This document shows, one piece after another, positions 18,634-33,103 of a stretch of 64,000 bases of DNA (the first letter of the stretch is position 1; each line of letters opens with the position of its first letter). The DNA is from Bradymonadia bacterium. GTDB taxonomy: Bacteria > Myxococcota_A > Bradymonadia > UBA7976 > UBA1532. Under the pieces are notes generated by a model, which made no database searches, was not told the origin of the DNA, and was given only the letters and a program-made list of their open reading frames with translations. The stretch is from NCBI GenBank assembly GCA_046290225.1, contig JBKAGE010000076.1, forward strand, positions 1-64,000. The letters run 5' to 3'. Position numbers and translations under genes: made by a program.

Positions 18634-19215
18634 TCACCCCCGGTTGCGGTACAGCGCCTGATCGATCACCCCCGCCATGGCCTCTCGATCCAGCGGGCCA
18701 GCGCCACCGGCTTCGACGAAGGCCACCACTTTCTCCAGCTGGGGTCCGGGATCAGCCAGCATGCGGTTGTAGTTGATGTAGAGCACCTCGCACCCCGCGC
18801 GGCCATCCAGGTCTGCGAACACATCGTCGAGGTGGGCCCGGTAGATCGACGCCATTTCCTCCGACTCGGGGCCGGATGCTTCTCCACGGCGAGTGAGCAT
18901 GCGCTGCTGTGAGGCCAGGATCTCCGAGATGCGACGACGCATGAAGATCACCCGGCAAGGGGTCTCAGCCGGCAGGAACTGCAGCAGGTCGGAGATGATC
19001 TTCACCGCCTGCCCCTGAGCTGCGTCGAGCCACTCCACGTCACCCGAGGCGAGCTTCTTCACGCGCTCTGCCTCGAAGTACCCCTTGGGGTTGTCCTCGT
19101 CGGCCACCCGCTCACCGTCGGTGATGAGCGGCACGCCGCCGGCATCGAGCATGGACATCATCATCGAGGTGCCCGAGCGGGGCAGACCGGACACGATATA
19201 GACAGGCTGAGTCAT
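18634..19215 (-). CDS. Sulfotransferase-family P-loop protein
   Basis: PAPS-binding loop VSGLPRSGTSMMM, DNPKGYFE, IFMRR...SQ. Confidence 0.85.
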   Translation of the reverse strand: MTQPVYIVSGLPRSGTSMMMSMLDAGGVPLITDGERVADEDNPKGYFEAERVKKLASGDVEWLDAAQGQAVKIISDLLQFLPAETPCRVIFMRRRISEILASQQRMLTRRGEASGPESEEMASIYRAHLDDVFADLDGRAGCEVLYINYNRMLADPGPQLEKVVAFVEAGGAGPLDREAMAGVIDQALYRNRG

Positions 19216-19230
19216 CAATACATCTCGTGA

Positions 19231-20055
19231 CTAAAAAGAGAGTTTCAAAGGTCGCTTCAGCGCCAACACCACCAGGGTGGCCAGGATCAACCACCAGCCC
19301 CACCAGGGCATCGACAACCCCAGGGCCACCCAGCTCGCGGCGTCCGGGTGGGGCACGTCGATGCTCACCCAGCCCTGGGGCAGGGGCGCCTCGTCGCCCA
19401 GAGTCCACCACTGAGCCAGGCCCGCGCTCCGGGTCGGCCGGGGGGCGCCGCCCTCGGGGCCCACCAGGGACTTCGTCGCCGGCTCCGCCCCAGGGGCGGT
19501 CAGCGTCACCTCGTGGCGGCCCTGGGCTGTGAGCTTTGCCCGGATCTTCACCTGCGGCGGGCGATCAGCCGCCGCAGGCACCCGAACCACCGGCGCGGTG
19601 ATCTCCACACCATCGCTGGCCTCTGCCTGCACCTTCAGCGGATCCACACCGTCATCGAGGGTGGCGGTGATCACCACCGGGCGCTCGAGGGGCAGCGTCT
19701 CGTACCCATGACGGGCGTCGAGGTGCAGCCAGAGCAGGCCCAGAGGAGGCGTCAGCACCACCAGGGCGGGCATCCACGTGGCCAGGTAGCGCAGGTTCCA
19801 GAAGATCAGGCGGCCCTGAGCCGACACCACCCGACGGGGAGCGTCGAGGAACAGCCTGATCTCATAGACCGCCGCGGCCATCTGATCCCGCGCGCGGGTC
19901 ATCGCCTCTGGGCGACCGAGCTTCGCCATGGCCAGGGCCATGATGAGCCCGCTCACCACCGAGACGATGGCCAGCGACACCCACGGCGACAGCCCGTCGA
20001 GGGCGCCGAGGGCTGCCTCGACGGCTGATCTCAGCCAGTGGGTGATGGTGCCCAT
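19231..20055 (-). CDS. Conserved hypothetical membrane protein
   Basis: Three hydrophobic segments with a soluble beta-rich loop; tightly spaced in the operon. Confidence 0.75.
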   Translation of the reverse strand: MGTITHWLRSAVEAALGALDGLSPWVSLAIVSVVSGLIMALAMAKLGRPEAMTRARDQMAAAVYEIRLFLDAPRRVVSAQGRLIFWNLRYLATWMPALVVLTPPLGLLWLHLDARHGYETLPLERPVVITATLDDGVDPLKVQAEASDGVEITAPVVRVPAAADRPPQVKIRAKLTAQGRHEVTLTAPGAEPATKSLVGPEGGAPRPTRSAGLAQWWTLGDEAPLPQGWVSIDVPHPDAASWVALGLSMPWWGWWLILATLVVLALKRPLKLSF

Positions 20056-20068
20056 CGATCAGCGCCCG

Positions 20069-20389
20069 CTACTCGATGTAGCCCAGGCCGCGCAGGCGGG
20101 CCTCGAGCTTCTCGCGGCTCTCGGCGGGCTCGCTGTATGCCCGCAGACCACGGTCCAAAAGGTGCTCGACCAGCTCCTCGCGATCTGCGTAGCCCTTGAG
20201 ATCGACGACGGCCTCGAGGCGGTCCTTGAGCTTCGCCTGGGGATCGGGATCACCGAGCTGCACCAGGCCCTTGTCGATCAGGTGCATGGCGAAGTCGTCG
20301 GCCCCCTTGAATTGGTGATCCCTGGCCACGGTGGCCAGACGATCTTTCAGGTGGCTGGGGATTTTGACCTTGTTGCCGAAGCCGAACAT
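20069..20389 (-). CDS. Small protein with a duplicated ribbon-helix-helix-like unit and a C-terminal RLRGLGY tail
   Basis: Internal repeat LKDRL...HLIDKGL / LKDRL...HLLDRGL; strong AGGAG RBS. Confidence 0.75.
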   Translation of the reverse strand: MFGFGNKVKIPSHLKDRLATVARDHQFKGADDFAMHLIDKGLVQLGDPDPQAKLKDRLEAVVDLKGYADREELVEHLLDRGLRAYSEPAESREKLEARLRGLGYIE

Positions 20390-20399
20390 GGGGGTCTCC

Positions 20400-22423
20400 T
20401 TATTTGGCGGCAGAGCGCTCTGCCGAGGGAGGCGCGATGAGGGCGGTGCCGGTCATGACCTCTGGTGGCGTGATGCCGTAGTGGCGCAACACCGTGGGGG
20501 CTACGTCGGTGAGGTGGCCTGTGTCCTGAGTCAGGGCGCGGTTGCTCAAGAACACCCCGGGCACGAGGCGCGGATCCATACAGTGATCTCCGCTCCACTT
20601 GCCAGTGTTGTCTTCGAGCACCGTCTCCGTCACCTGCCCTGTGGCCGACTCGTCAGAGCTGCGGTAGCCCCGGTTGAAGCCCACGAGCAGATCAGGGGCC
20701 CGCTCGGGGAACACGCCCTCTGGGGGGGGCACGATCGACGTGATCACGCGCAGGCCGTTTTCTGGATCGCGCATGGCGAGCAAAGATCGTTTGATCCGCT
20801 TGAGCAGCACCGGCGCTTCGTCGGCGGGCACGATGCCACCGGCCTCGCGGCCCTGGCGATTGATGAAGAGCTGGTTGAGCCCCAGGGCGTACGCCTGCGT
20901 CCGAGACCAGTCGATGTGACCCAAAGCACCGCTGCCGGGGTTCTCGGTGTCGACGAACTCGGCGCCTTCGGGGGCACCCTCTTTGAGGGCCAGATAGCCC
21001 TGCTTGAGCAGCCAGGTGTTGAGGTGCACCTTGCGGGTGTACGGGGCGAAGCCGTGATCCGACATCACGATGATCGTGGCGTTGGCGGCCTTGGCGTGGT
21101 TCATGGCCTCGCCCAGGGCGGCGTCGGCCCTGGCGTAGAACTCGGGGATCACCCCGGCGTAGCGCTTCAGATCCGGGCTCGCCTCGGGATCTTTATCGGC
21201 GTCGAGGGTGCGCCAGAACACGTGGCAGACCTGATCCACCGAGGAGAAGTAGAAGAACATCACCCCCGACTCGAACTCCTCGAGCTGCTGACGCATGAGG
21301 CCGAGGCGCTCGGCATAGACCGACCGGGCCTGCGCCAGAAATGCCTCGTCGTCGAGCACCCCAGCGGCGAGGGCCTTGGTGTCTTCGGGCATGCCCTGGG
21401 TGTAGAAGCGGCCAGTGACCTCGGCCACGTGGGCGGCATAACCTCGGGGCGACGACAGAGGCATCGCCGGCGCCGAGGGATCGAGGTTGATGGGGCTCAC
21501 GTACAGGCTCAGGTGGGGCCGCACGCTGCGCAGATGCAGCCGGACCATACCCGGCACATCGCCCGTGAGGGGCAGCGTCTCGAAGCCCATGGGCAGCCAG
21601 TCCGTCCAGTCCCCCGGGGTCAGGATCCGCTCCTCGTCACCGAGCTGGATCGACACCACGTCATCTTCTGGATCCCGCATGATCTGCACAGGGGCTTCGA
21701 GGGCCTGCCCATCGGCGCGGAATGGGTGGGGCGGGCCCATGATGCTGCCCTCGGCGATGACGCCGTCGAAGGTGAGCGGCCGAATCTCACCGCCAGAGAC
21801 GCGCCTTTCGAGCCATGCCGGATCGTCGGTGAGCAGCTGGAACGTGCCATAGGTGCCCAACAAGTCCGGGGTGCCCATGCCTGAGACCGTGCGGCTCTCC
21901 CAATCGGGCTTCGGCGGGAAGTTCGCGGGGATCTTGAACACCATGGCCGGTATCCCCGCCTCTTCGAGCAATCCCCAGAACGAGCGACCCTCGCGGAGCA
22001 GCTCCACTTTGCCCTCGCCGAGGGGGATGGCGAAGCTGCCCAGGGTGAGCACCGTCTCCGGCGGCGCGGTGCTGCTCGTAGAGAGGTAGGGCGCCAGGGC
22101 GTGTGGATCCCGATGCACGAAGTCGTAGATGCCGTGATGATCCGAGCGATGGCCGGTGATGAAGTCGGACCACGCCACGGGACTCTGGGGCGGGTTGCTG
22201 GTGCCCAGCTCCATGAAGCCCCCAGCCTCGGCGAGGGCCTTGTGGTTCGGCATCAACCCCTCGTCGATGTAGCGACGCAGCAGCTGCGGATCCATGCCGT
22301 CGATGCCGAGGATGATCAGCGATGGCGCCTCGGTGGCCGGTAAAGCCCCAGGTGGTGGTTCGTCACAGCCAGTGCCCACGGCGAGGACCCCGGTGACGGC
22401 CGCGGCGAAGGCGAGCAGCCACT

Positions 22424-22427
<4 letters not shown>
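20400..22427 (-). CDS. Alkaline phosphatase superfamily (type I phosphodiesterase/nucleotide pyrophosphatase-like) lipoprotein
   Basis: ILGIDGMD, PPQSPVAWSDFITG, MSDHGF, WSGDH, DVAPT. True start MKWLLAF at 22427 overlaps the upstream stop (ATGA). Confidence 0.9.
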
Positions 22428-24653
<2,226 letters not shown>

Positions 24654-24661
<8 letters not shown>

Positions 24662-26561
24662 CTCCGAAGTACCCCAAGGCTTCGAGTTGCTTCTTGAGCT
24701 CCGGATCCATCTCACCGCCACCGCCGGCGCTGGCGCCACCGCCTTCGAGACCCTGGCGGCTGCTCTTCGCCGGTCGGGCGAGGGCCTCGCCGAGCAGCAC
24801 CTCGCACAGCGCTCTGGGCACCGTCGAACGTTTGCCCTCGGCGGGATCATCCCACCCTGTCACCTGCATGGGGGCGTCGGGGCCCTCGGCGAAGCAGTGC
24901 CAGGGACCCACGGTGACGCCGCGGCCTGCCTTCTGCGCCGCCACGGCGTAGCTTGGGCGGCTCACGGGGCGATCGTCGAGCCATGACAGCAGCGACTGCC
25001 CCTGGGCGTTCTTCATCGGCGGCAGGCCCATGAGCTCAAGCAGCGTCGGAGGCACGTCGATGAGCTCCACCAACTCAGCACGGGCGGCGTCCTTGGGCAG
25101 GCCGCCGTTGGGATAGTAGATGCTCACCTCGCCCACGGGGCCCGGGGGGGTCAGGGCGCTGCTCACGACGATGAGCGCGGTCTTCCTGGCCAGGGGGCCA
25201 AGGCCCTCGACGAGGGTGTCCAAGGGCTTGGAGGACGGAGCGGTGGTGATCACCGCCACGCTCCGGGTCTTGCCCTGAGCGGTGAGCCATGCCGCAGCGG
25301 CCTGGGCACCCTGAGGCCCCTCAAAGCGCTGTGTGACCACCTTGCTCGCCTGCAGCGCAGTCTCCAGAGGCGTCTGCTCACCGAGCGCGCCGTCGCCTTC
25401 ACCGGACCACCCAGGGCCGTAGTACCCGTACAGGGCCTGCCAGAGCGCGTGCTTCGCCCCTGGAGTGCCCCCTGCAGCGGGGAACCGTACAGCACCTGCC
25501 TCCCGGTGAGGCTTTGGGGCGTCGACGGAGCCATCGGCGACAAGCACCACGCCGTGGGTGGCCGGCGTGGCCAGCAACATCCCGTCGGGACCAGGGGGCA
25601 CCATGATCTCGGGCTCTCCGAAACCCGCGACCCCATCGCCAGAGATCCGACTCAGGGTGATCTCCACGGCATCGCCAGTGAAGCTGTCCAAGGGCAGCGC
25701 CCACTCGTGCCACTGGCCATCGTCGGCCTTACGTTTCTGTGTCGCGACCCTGCCGCCGTCGGTGATGGAGATCGTGAACTCGGCGGCCTGCCTGGCGCCG
25801 TAATCCACCACCAGCTGCCCTTTCTCGGGGACCATGGTGTGGAACACATAGCTGCGCGGAGTCGGTGTGGGCAGGGCCCGTCGGGTCCGGTTGCCCAGGC
25901 GCAGAGGCATGAGCCGCGGCGGCAACGGCGGCGCAGCTCCCTTCTGCTCGCCGAGCCACACCCAGTCGATCTCGAGCCCCTTGGGCCCCGACACAGTGAG
26001 GCTCACGGGCTGGCCCACGGTGAAGGTGCCTTCGGCGATGGAACCCGAGAAGGCCTGCCACTCGGGCTTCAGCGGGCCATTGATCAAGACTGTGTCGCCA
26101 GACTTCACCACCACCTCGCCGCCGTGGGGCGCTCGGGCCCTGATTTGCGTCTGCACCACAGGGCGCTTGAGCGGGCCAAGGTGCAGCGTGGCGGGATCGA
26201 GGATGCTGGCGTAGGTCACGCCCTGCTCGTCGGCATTGAGGCCGCCCCACAGGCCGCCCCAGTCACCGCGGATGTATTTGAACTGATCGGGTGTGCCGAG
26301 ATCGATCGAGAGCCCTGCGGGGTACACCGCCGCCCGCCAGATCGACTCGCTCAAGGGGGACCACGTCTCCAGAGTGCGGCGAACCGACTTCGCTGCCTTC
26401 ACGGGCTTCGAAGGTGAAGTGGGTTTGGAGGCCTTCACGGGCGCCGGTGTCTTTGACGACTCAACGCTCTTTGGGGCCTCAGCCTTCTTCTTTTCATCAC
26501 CCGTGCAGCCGTTCACGGCGAGGGGCAGGGCGCAGGCGATCAGCACATTTCGAAGCAACAT
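24654..26561 (-). CDS. Lipoprotein with a degenerate sulfatase-like C-terminal domain
   Basis: Lipobox VNGC; sulfatase-type tail VELIDVPPTLLELMGL...QGQSL and terminal QLEALGY. No CxPxR/SxPxR or SDHG catalytic motifs are visible. Confidence 0.7.
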
Positions 26562-26833
26562 ATGCCCTCGGGGTCCGGGCTCCCACCCGTTCCTTCGTGG
26601 TCAAAAGGGCGTATAGGCTGGCGATCCGCGTCATCGATTGCAACCCGTTTACCCACGGGGCTTCGGCGATCCGCTGATGTAATGAACGTTCGGTACGTGG
26701 CATGATACGCCCCCTCTTGCGGGCACACCGTGAGAGGGTGGGTCACATTGCACCCCTTGTGGGGCTTTTTGCCTACATTGTAAGATAACGCAATCTGCGT
26801 CCCTCGGGAGCCAGCGTCCATGAGGTTGAGTTC

Positions 26834-27340
26834 ATGAAAGCAATATCCCTCACCCCCTCAGTACCGCCCTTTGGGCTGGTGCTCCTGGGGGCCCTGATGA
26901 GCCTGACCGTCGCCTGTGATGATGGCGGTGGCAACGAAACCGGAGGCGGCAGCGGCGGTGCAGGGGGCGCGGTGACGGCCGATGGCGGCATCATGCCCGA
27001 CGCCGATCTCGTGGTGACCCCCGACATGGGCCCGGACTGCGAGTTCGACGAGGCCTGTGGCCCCGATCAGATCTGCAATGACAGCGCATGTGTCGAGGCT
27101 GAATGCTCCGAGTCGGGGCAACAGGCCGAATGCGACGACGGCTTCATCTGCATCGAAGGCCGTTGTGTGGCGATCAACCCCTCGGTCACCGGCGCGTTCT
27201 GTACCGCGTGTGGGGTCAGTGGCTCTGAGGGTTACACCTTGCTCGGCGGCCTCGAAGCAGGCGCCACGGGCAGCATCGAATCTGAAAGTTATCGTTTGGA
27301 GGCGGGCGCCATCAGGGCCTTCGCCGGAGAGGATGAATGA
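26834..27340 (+). CDS. Cys-rich lipoprotein
   Basis: Lipobox TVAC, Gly-rich linker, two C-x5-C-x4-C-x4-C-like repeats; stop overlaps the start of the collagen gene. Confidence 0.8.
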   Translation: MKAISLTPSVPPFGLVLLGALMSLTVACDDGGGNETGGGSGGAGGAVTADGGIMPDADLVVTPDMGPDCEFDEACGPDQICNDSACVEAECSESGQQAECDDGFICIEGRCVAINPSVTGAFCTACGVSGSEGYTLLGGLEAGATGSIESESYRLEAGAIRAFAGEDE

Positions 27341-30300
27341 TGAAAGCCATGCGTAGACGCCTCGAGCGGGGCAACCGCGGGCGCACTCACCTTCGGCGCT
27401 TTCTCGCCGCCGCCCTCGCCGCCGGTGGGATCATGGCCCTCGGCGTTCAGGCCCAAGCCCAGGTGCCCGAGGTCCTGACCCACAACGGCCGCCTGTTCGA
27501 TCAGGCCCAGCTCCCCATCACTGGTGAGCGGAACATGACCTTCGCCATCTACGGCGCCTCCGAAGACGGTGAACCTCTCTGGCAGGAATCCCTCTCCGGG
27601 GTGGTCTTCCAGAACGGCTACTACTCTGCCGATCTGGGCCTCGACACGCCTTTCCCGGAAGATGTGCTCGCTGGGGGCACACTCTTCATGGAGATCTCCA
27701 TCGGTGACGAGACGCTGAGCCCCCGGCTGCCCATCGCCTCCACCCTCTTCGCCCTCAAGGCCGCCGTGGCCGACGACGCCGTGGGCGACATCCACCCGTC
27801 CACCATCTCGGTGAACGGCCAGCTCGTCGTCGACAACGAGGGCCGCTGGGTGGGCGAGCTGCCCGATCTCGGTGATCTCCGCGGTGAGCAGGGGCCCGAG
27901 GGTCCCGAAGGCCCTCAGGGTCCTCGCGGCGATCAGGGCCTCCAGGGTCCTCAGGGCGAGCGCGGGCCGGCTGGTCCTCAGGGCCCCATCGGCCCCGAGG
28001 GTCCTCAGGGCGCCCGTGGTGAGCAAGGCATCCAGGGCCCCGCAGGTCAAGACGCCGACAACAACGAGATCGCGCGTCAGCTGGCGGTGGACGAAGACGT
28101 ACGCTTCGGCGTGGCCCAGAGCATCGCCGAGAACTTCGCCGACGAGGTGCGCGGGCCTGCCGGCCCTCAGGGCATTCAGGGCCCCCGGGGTGTGCAGGGT
28201 GATGTGGGCCCTCAGGGTGAGCAGGGTCCCTCTGGCCCCGCTGCTGATCCCGAGGAGACCTCCCTGGCCCTCGTGGACAACCAGAACTTCCTCGATCGTG
28301 TCTCCGCCACCCTCTTCGATCGCTTCGGCGACGAGCTCGAAGGTGATCAGGGCCCCCAGGGCATCCAGGGCATCCAAGGCCCTCAGGGTCCTCAGGGCGA
28401 GCCCGGCCAGGACGTCTCTGCGGACGCGGTGGCCAACCGACTCGGTGGCGACGAGGACTTCCGCGATGATGTGACCCTCAACCTCTTCGACAACTTCGCC
28501 GAAGAGCTCCGCGGCCCCATTGGCCCTCAGGGCATCCAGGGCCCTCAGGGTGACCAGGGCATTCAAGGCATTCAGGGTCCTCAGGGCGACCGCGGCCCTG
28601 AAGGCCCTCAAGGCGAGCAAGGCATCCAGGGCATCGCCGGGCCTCAGGGCCCTCAAGGTGATGTCGGGCCTCAGGGCGAGCAAGGCCCTCAGGGTGATCG
28701 AGGCCCTCAGGGCATCCAAGGCATCCAAGGCCCTCAGGGCGATGTCGGCCCCCAGGGTGACCAGGGCGTACCTGGTCAGGACTCAGATCCTGCAGACGTT
28801 GCTGGCCGCCTCGCCGAAGACAACAACTTCGTCGAAGACGTGACCCTCACACTCTTTGATGTCTTCGGTGAAGATCTCGTGGGTCCCCAAGGGCCTCAGG
28901 GCGACCAGGGCATCCAGGGTATCCAGGGTGAGCAGGGCATCCGTGGGCCTCAGGGCCTCACCGGCCCTCAAGGCGAGCAGGGCCCTCAGGGTCCTCAGGG
29001 CGACCAGGGTATCCAGGGTATCCAAGGTGTGCCCGGACAGGATTCCGATCCCGACGTGGTCGCCGGCCGCCTCGGCGAGGACGCCGACTTCATCACCAAG
29101 GTCCGCGACACCCTCTTCGACATCTACCAGGAAGATCTCACTGGCCCCCAGGGCCCTCGTGGCGAGCAGGGCATCCAGGGTATCCAGGGTCCCCAGGGCG
29201 ACCAGGGTATTCAGGGTGAGGTCGGCCCCCGTGGTCCTCAGGGCGAACAGGGCATCCAAGGTGAGGTCGGCCCCCAGGGCCCTCAAGGTGAGCAGGGTAT
29301 CCAGGGTATCCAGGGTGAACAGGGTGACGTCGGTCCCCAGGGCCCTCAGGGTGAGCAAGGCGATCAGGGTATCCAGGGTCCTCAAGGTGATCAGGGTCCC
29401 CAGGGTGAACAGGGCCCTCAGGGCGACCAGGGCCCTCAAGGCGAACAGGGTGAGGTCGGCCCCCAGGGTCCTCAAGGCGAGCAAGGCCCTCAAGGCATCC
29501 CCGGACCTCAAGGCGAGCAGGGCGATGTTGGTCCTCAAGGCCCTCAGGGTGACCAGGGCGATCAGGGTATTCCCGGCCCTCAAGGCCCCGAAGGTCCGCA
29601 GGGTCCTGCCGGCGAAGATGCCTCTGCAGAAGACGTGGCCACTGTGCTCGGCAACGATCAGGACTTCGCCGACACGGTGGTCCTGACCCTCGTGGACGCC
29701 TTTGGCGAAGAGCTCACCGGGCCGCAGGGCCCTCAGGGCGCCGAAGGTCCTCAAGGGCCTCAAGGTGTGCCTGGCCCTCAAGGCCCCGAGGGCCCCGTGG
29801 GCCCGCAGGGCCCGCAGGGTGACGACGCAGATCCTGTTGCGGTGGCGAACATCCTCGTAGAAGACGAGAACTTCTTCACCGCCCTCGGCGATGTGATCAC
29901 AGACCAGTTCGCTGACCGCATCCGCGGTGAGCAGGGCCCCCAGGGTGTTCAGGGCCCCGAGGGTCCTCAGGGTGAGGTCGGTCCCGCAGGCCCTCAGGGT
30001 GAGCAGGGCATCCAGGGTATTCAGGGTGAGCAGGGTCTCCAGGGTATCCAGGGTGAGCAAGGCCTCCAGGGTCCTCAGGGTGACGAAGGCCCCACAGGTC
30101 CCGAAGGGCCCCAAGGTCCTCAAGGTGACGTCGGCCCCGAAGGCCCTCAAGGCCCCGAGGGTCCCGAAGGTCCTCAAGGCCCTCAGGGTGACCAGGGCCC
30201 TCCCGGCCAGGACGCCTCGGCCCAGGCTGTGGCCACGGTGCTGGCGAACGACGCAGACTTCGCCGACACCATCGCCCTCGTGCTGTTCCAGGTCTTCGGC

Positions 30301-30870
30301 GACGACTTCGCCCAGACCCTCGCTGCCGACGTGGCGTTCCAAGGGACCGTGGCCACTGGCCTGACCAACAGCCAGGACTTCGTCGACACGGTCACGCTGA
30401 ACCTCGTGGAGAACTTCCAGGACGACCTCACCGGCCCCCAGGGTCCCCAAGGCCCTGCCGGTGAGGGTGTACCCTCAGGCGCGATCATGCCCTTCGCCCT
30501 CGCGAGCTGCCCTGCAGGCTGGATCGCAGCAGACGGCGCCAACGGCACGCCTGATCTCCGCGGGCGCATGCCCCTCGGTGTCGGCGCCCTCGGCGGGACT
30601 GCGTTGCCCGACAGCGTCGGGCTGGGTCAGGTAGGCGGCGGCAGCGAGTTCCGCATGTTCGTGCAGAACAACCTCGTGGCCATCGGGGACAACGATCAGG
30701 CGATTCAGGGTGCCGGCCTTCGCTGGTTCCAGGCAGACGGCCAACAAGAGAGTGTCTCGTTCGCCAACAATGGCAACGGCCAAGACTCAGGTGACACCGA
30801 AGGGGCCAACGCCCGCCACCTGCCCCCCTACGTGGGTCTGCTCTACTGCGTGAAGGCTGATCAGAACTGA
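27337..30870 (+). CDS. Secreted collagen-like fibre protein with a phage tail-collar-like C-terminal domain
   Basis: Signal peptide (AQA), long G-X-Y runs ([12 protein letters not shown]) broken by about 35-aa repeats, and C-terminal PSGAIMPF...CPAGW...[12 protein letters not shown]...[11 protein letters not shown]. Confidence 0.92.
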   Translation: MMKAMRRRLERGNRGRTHLRRFLAAALAAGGIMALGVQAQAQVPEVLTHNGRLFDQAQLPITGERNMTFAIYGASEDGEPLWQESLSGVVFQNGYYSADLGLDTPFPEDVLAGGTLFMEISIGDETLSPRLPIASTLFALKAAVADDAVGDIHPSTISVNGQLVVDNEGRWVGELPDLGDLRGEQGPEGPEGPQGPRGDQGLQGPQGERGPAGPQGPIGPEGPQGARGEQGIQGPAGQDADNNEIARQLAVDEDVRFGVAQSIAENFADEVRGPAGPQGIQGPRGVQGDVGPQGEQGPSGPAADPEETSLALVDNQNFLDRVSATLFDRFGDELEGDQGPQGIQGIQGPQGPQGEPGQDVSADAVANRLGGDEDFRDDVTLNLFDNFAEELRGPIGPQGIQGPQGDQGIQGIQGPQGDRGPEGPQGEQGIQGIAGPQGPQGDVGPQGEQGPQGDRGPQGIQGIQGPQGDVGPQGDQGVPGQDSDPADVAGRLAEDNNFVEDVTLTLFDVFGEDLVGPQGPQGDQGIQGIQGEQGIRGPQGLTGPQGEQGPQGPQGDQGIQGIQGVPGQDSDPDVVAGRLGEDADFITKVRDTLFDIYQEDLTGPQGPRGEQGIQGIQGPQGDQGIQGEVGPRGPQGEQGIQGEVGPQGPQGEQGIQGIQGEQGDVGPQGPQGEQGDQGIQGPQGDQGPQGEQGPQGDQGPQGEQGEVGPQGPQGEQGPQGIPGPQGEQGDVGPQGPQGDQGDQGIPGPQGPEGPQGPAGEDASAEDVATVLGNDQDFADTVVLTLVDAFGEELTGPQGPQGAEGPQGPQGVPGPQGPEGPVGPQGPQGDDADPVAVANILVEDENFFTALGDVITDQFADRIRGEQGPQGVQGPEGPQGEVGPAGPQGEQGIQGIQGEQGLQGIQGEQGLQGPQGDEGPTGPEGPQGPQGDVGPEGPQGPEGPEGPQGPQGDQGPPGQDASAQAVATVLANDADFADTIALVLFQVFGDDFAQTLAADVAFQGTVATGLTNSQDFVDTVTLNLVENFQDDLTGPQGPQGPAGEGVPSGAIMPFALASCPAGWIAADGANGTPDLRGRMPLGVGALGGTALPDSVGLGQVGGGSEFRMFVQNNLVAIGDNDQAIQGAGLRWFQADGQQESVSFANNGNGQDSGDTEGANARHLPPYVGLLYCVKADQN

Positions 30871-30901
30871 TTGAGCGGCCGCTTTGATGCGGCCGCCCAC
30901 C

Positions 30902-33103
30902 TCACGGCCGCGGCCGCGGCGCCGGGGTCACCACACACGGCTCCCCTCCACATGGACTGATGGCGACCCCCGGGGCCTCCGGATCAAGGAAGGCCTTCGT
31001 CTGCTCGTGCACCTCGTCATTGCGTCGAATCGAGCCGTGGGCCCCAGTGTTGTGGCGCTCGTCCAGGCGGGGCTGAGGGAACCCCAGGCCTGGATCGTAG
31101 TACTGAAGCACGCTCACCCCCGGGCCTGCTGGGGACTCGATCGTCTCTACACCATAGATCTCGCGGAAGGTTGGCCCCAGCTGCGGGAACCCGCCCGTAC
31201 GCATCATCATCTCGCAGCCATACCACGGTGCATCGGTGTCACCGAGAGCGCATTGCCAGAGGCACTCTTTCGCACCGAGATCTGTGAGGGGCTCCGCGGC
31301 GATGTTCTGCATGTAGTTGATCGGATCTGCAGGGTCGAAGAGACGCTGAATCAGCGCAAAGAGCATGGCCTGATCGTTGGTGTCGGGCACCGCGCCATCG
31401 ACGATGAGCTGGAACTGGGCGAACTGCGGCGAGTGAGGCAACGCGTGAGCGTACGCACCGGTGGGTACATGAAGCACGCCGGTTTTCACGTAGGGACTCA
31501 GGGCCATGTAGGTCGTGCCGAAGATGCCCCCCTGGCTGATGCCGGTGTAGGTGGCGTCGGTGGGGCTCACGAGGCTGCCCGAGCCATCAGCGGTCTGCAG
31601 CAGATCATCTTGAGAGAGCACCCGTTGCACGAAGGGCGTCATCAGGATCGTGTTCGTGACGCCCTGAGTGATCAGATCCGCCAGGGCCGGCATGCGGGAG
31701 AAGTCACCTGCGACATTCGCCGCCCGGGTGAAGTCGTCGGTGGACAGTCCGAGCCAGTAGGTGCCCACGAAGATGGCCTCCATCTTGTTCGACAGCTCGT
31801 GCTGGCCGGAGCCCGCCTTGTCGTCGCCGATGTAGTCCTGAGGCGTCGCCAGCAGGCCATGGCCGAAGGTGACGATGGGCACCGTGCCCGGAGCTGCCCC
31901 CTTCACGGACTCGGGGATCATGATCACGAACTTCGCCGGACGGGTGCCCTGCATCACCGGGTTGCCGGCCTCGTCGAGGACCACCCGGCCGTCGTCATCG
32001 AGGAACCAGGGCATGTCCACCAGACCGTAGATACGACGCCAGTCCTCGTCCCAGAGGGGGTAGCCGTCGTCGCGGGTGTTGATCCAGTCGCCGCCCTCGG
32101 CAGGCATCAGCTCCGACTGATCGGTCACGCAGCCCAGCTCCGGGCGCATCTCGGCGTCATCGGCGATGCAGCCTAAAATCTCGTAGTTGAAGGTGGCCGT
32201 CTCTGCCTCGGCCACAGCAACCTCCACCATGCCCGGCAGAGGCCCCTTGGCCTTGGCCTCGGACATGATCGGCGCTTGCCACGCGAGCACGATCGAGTCG
32301 CGACTCACCCCCGCAGCCTCAGCCACGGTGAAGATCTCCTCGGTGTAGCTCCGGCGGAACTCGATGTCGGGGTTCGCGCTGGGGGTGCCGTCGCGCAGCT
32401 CCAAGAAGCCCGCTGTGGGTGAAGGCGTCGACCCATCTTCGAAACGCAGGTTGTCGGTGATCACCACCGCCGCCCGATGGCCAAAGGGAATCGCCGTGAG
32501 AGGACGCACGATCAATGGGCGATCAGCTGCGGTCTCCCCGCGCAGATCCACCTCGGACCACGCGGGAATGCGCTCACCTGTGTCGAGATCGAAGAGCTGC
32601 ACCGGTGAGTCGGCGCTCATGCTCGTGGACGGATCATCAGGCAGCGTGAGGTTGCTGGTGTCCACGAAGCCGCCGTCGATGACCGCAAAGAAGGCCGTGG
32701 AGTTGGGGAAACCGTCGTCATCGAGGAAGTCGAGTAGGATCTGCGGATCAGCCCCGGCGTTCGGAGGCAGGATCTCGGCGTTCAGGCGTACATGCCAGCC
32801 AGTCTCGGTGCTCTCGTCGGGCTGCACGTAGAACATCGAGGGGAACGGCTGGCCACAGACGGCCTCCACGAGGGGGTCACAGTTGCCTGTGGGCCACTCG
32901 ACGGGCATGCCGCCGGCACCGCCAACGTCGCCACCCGATCCGCCAACCATGCCCCCAGCGCCACCGAGATCTCCGCCGGCGCCGGCCATGCCTCCGGCGC
33001 CTCCGGGATCACCACCACTGTCGTCGTCATCGCAACCAGACAAGGGCGCCGCAAGGGCGGCCACCATGCCCAGACAACTGAAAATCGTTCGGGTGCTCAT
33101 CAT
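30902..33103 (-). CDS. Alpha/beta-hydrolase-fold lipoprotein
   Basis: Lipobox LSGC, GGAGG linker, VTFGHGLL, nucleophile elbow GISQGG, C-terminal His (GAHG). Confidence 0.8.
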   Translation of the reverse strand: MMSTRTIFSCLGMVAALAAPLSGCDDDDSGGDPGGAGGMAGAGGDLGGAGGMVGGSGGDVGGAGGMPVEWPTGNCDPLVEAVCGQPFPSMFYVQPDESTETGWHVRLNAEILPPNAGADPQILLDFLDDDGFPNSTAFFAVIDGGFVDTSNLTLPDDPSTSMSADSPVQLFDLDTGERIPAWSEVDLRGETAADRPLIVRPLTAIPFGHRAAVVITDNLRFEDGSTPSPTAGFLELRDGTPSANPDIEFRRSYTEEIFTVAEAAGVSRDSIVLAWQAPIMSEAKAKGPLPGMVEVAVAEAETATFNYEILGCIADDAEMRPELGCVTDQSELMPAEGGDWINTRDDGYPLWDEDWRRIYGLVDMPWFLDDDGRVVLDEAGNPVMQGTRPAKFVIMIPESVKGAAPGTVPIVTFGHGLLATPQDYIGDDKAGSGQHELSNKMEAIFVGTYWLGLSTDDFTRAANVAGDFSRMPALADLITQGVTNTILMTPFVQRVLSQDDLLQTADGSGSLVSPTDATYTGISQGGIFGTTYMALSPYVKTGVLHVPTGAYAHALPHSPQFAQFQLIVDGAVPDTNDQAMLFALIQRLFDPADPINYMQNIAAEPLTDLGAKECLWQCALGDTDAPWYGCEMMMRTGGFPQLGPTFREIYGVETIESPAGPGVSVLQYYDPGLGFPQPRLDERHNTGAHGSIRRNDEVHEQTKAFLDPEAPGVAISPCGGEPCVVTPAPRPRP

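Noticed and set aside
26562..26833. Riboswitch or sigma-54 promoter in the divergent intergenic region
   Set aside because: No recognisable riboswitch consensus, and the candidate GG/GC elements I checked lack the required 10-nt spacing.
27880..30465. Dense short DNA repeats (GGCCCTCAGGG etc.) as a CRISPR array or satellite
   Set aside because: They are in-frame Gly-X-Y codons of the collagen-like gene; there is no constant repeat-spacer structure and no cas genes.
30460..30870. Prophage suggested by the tail-collar domain
   Set aside because: No other phage genes are present and the protein has a signal peptide.
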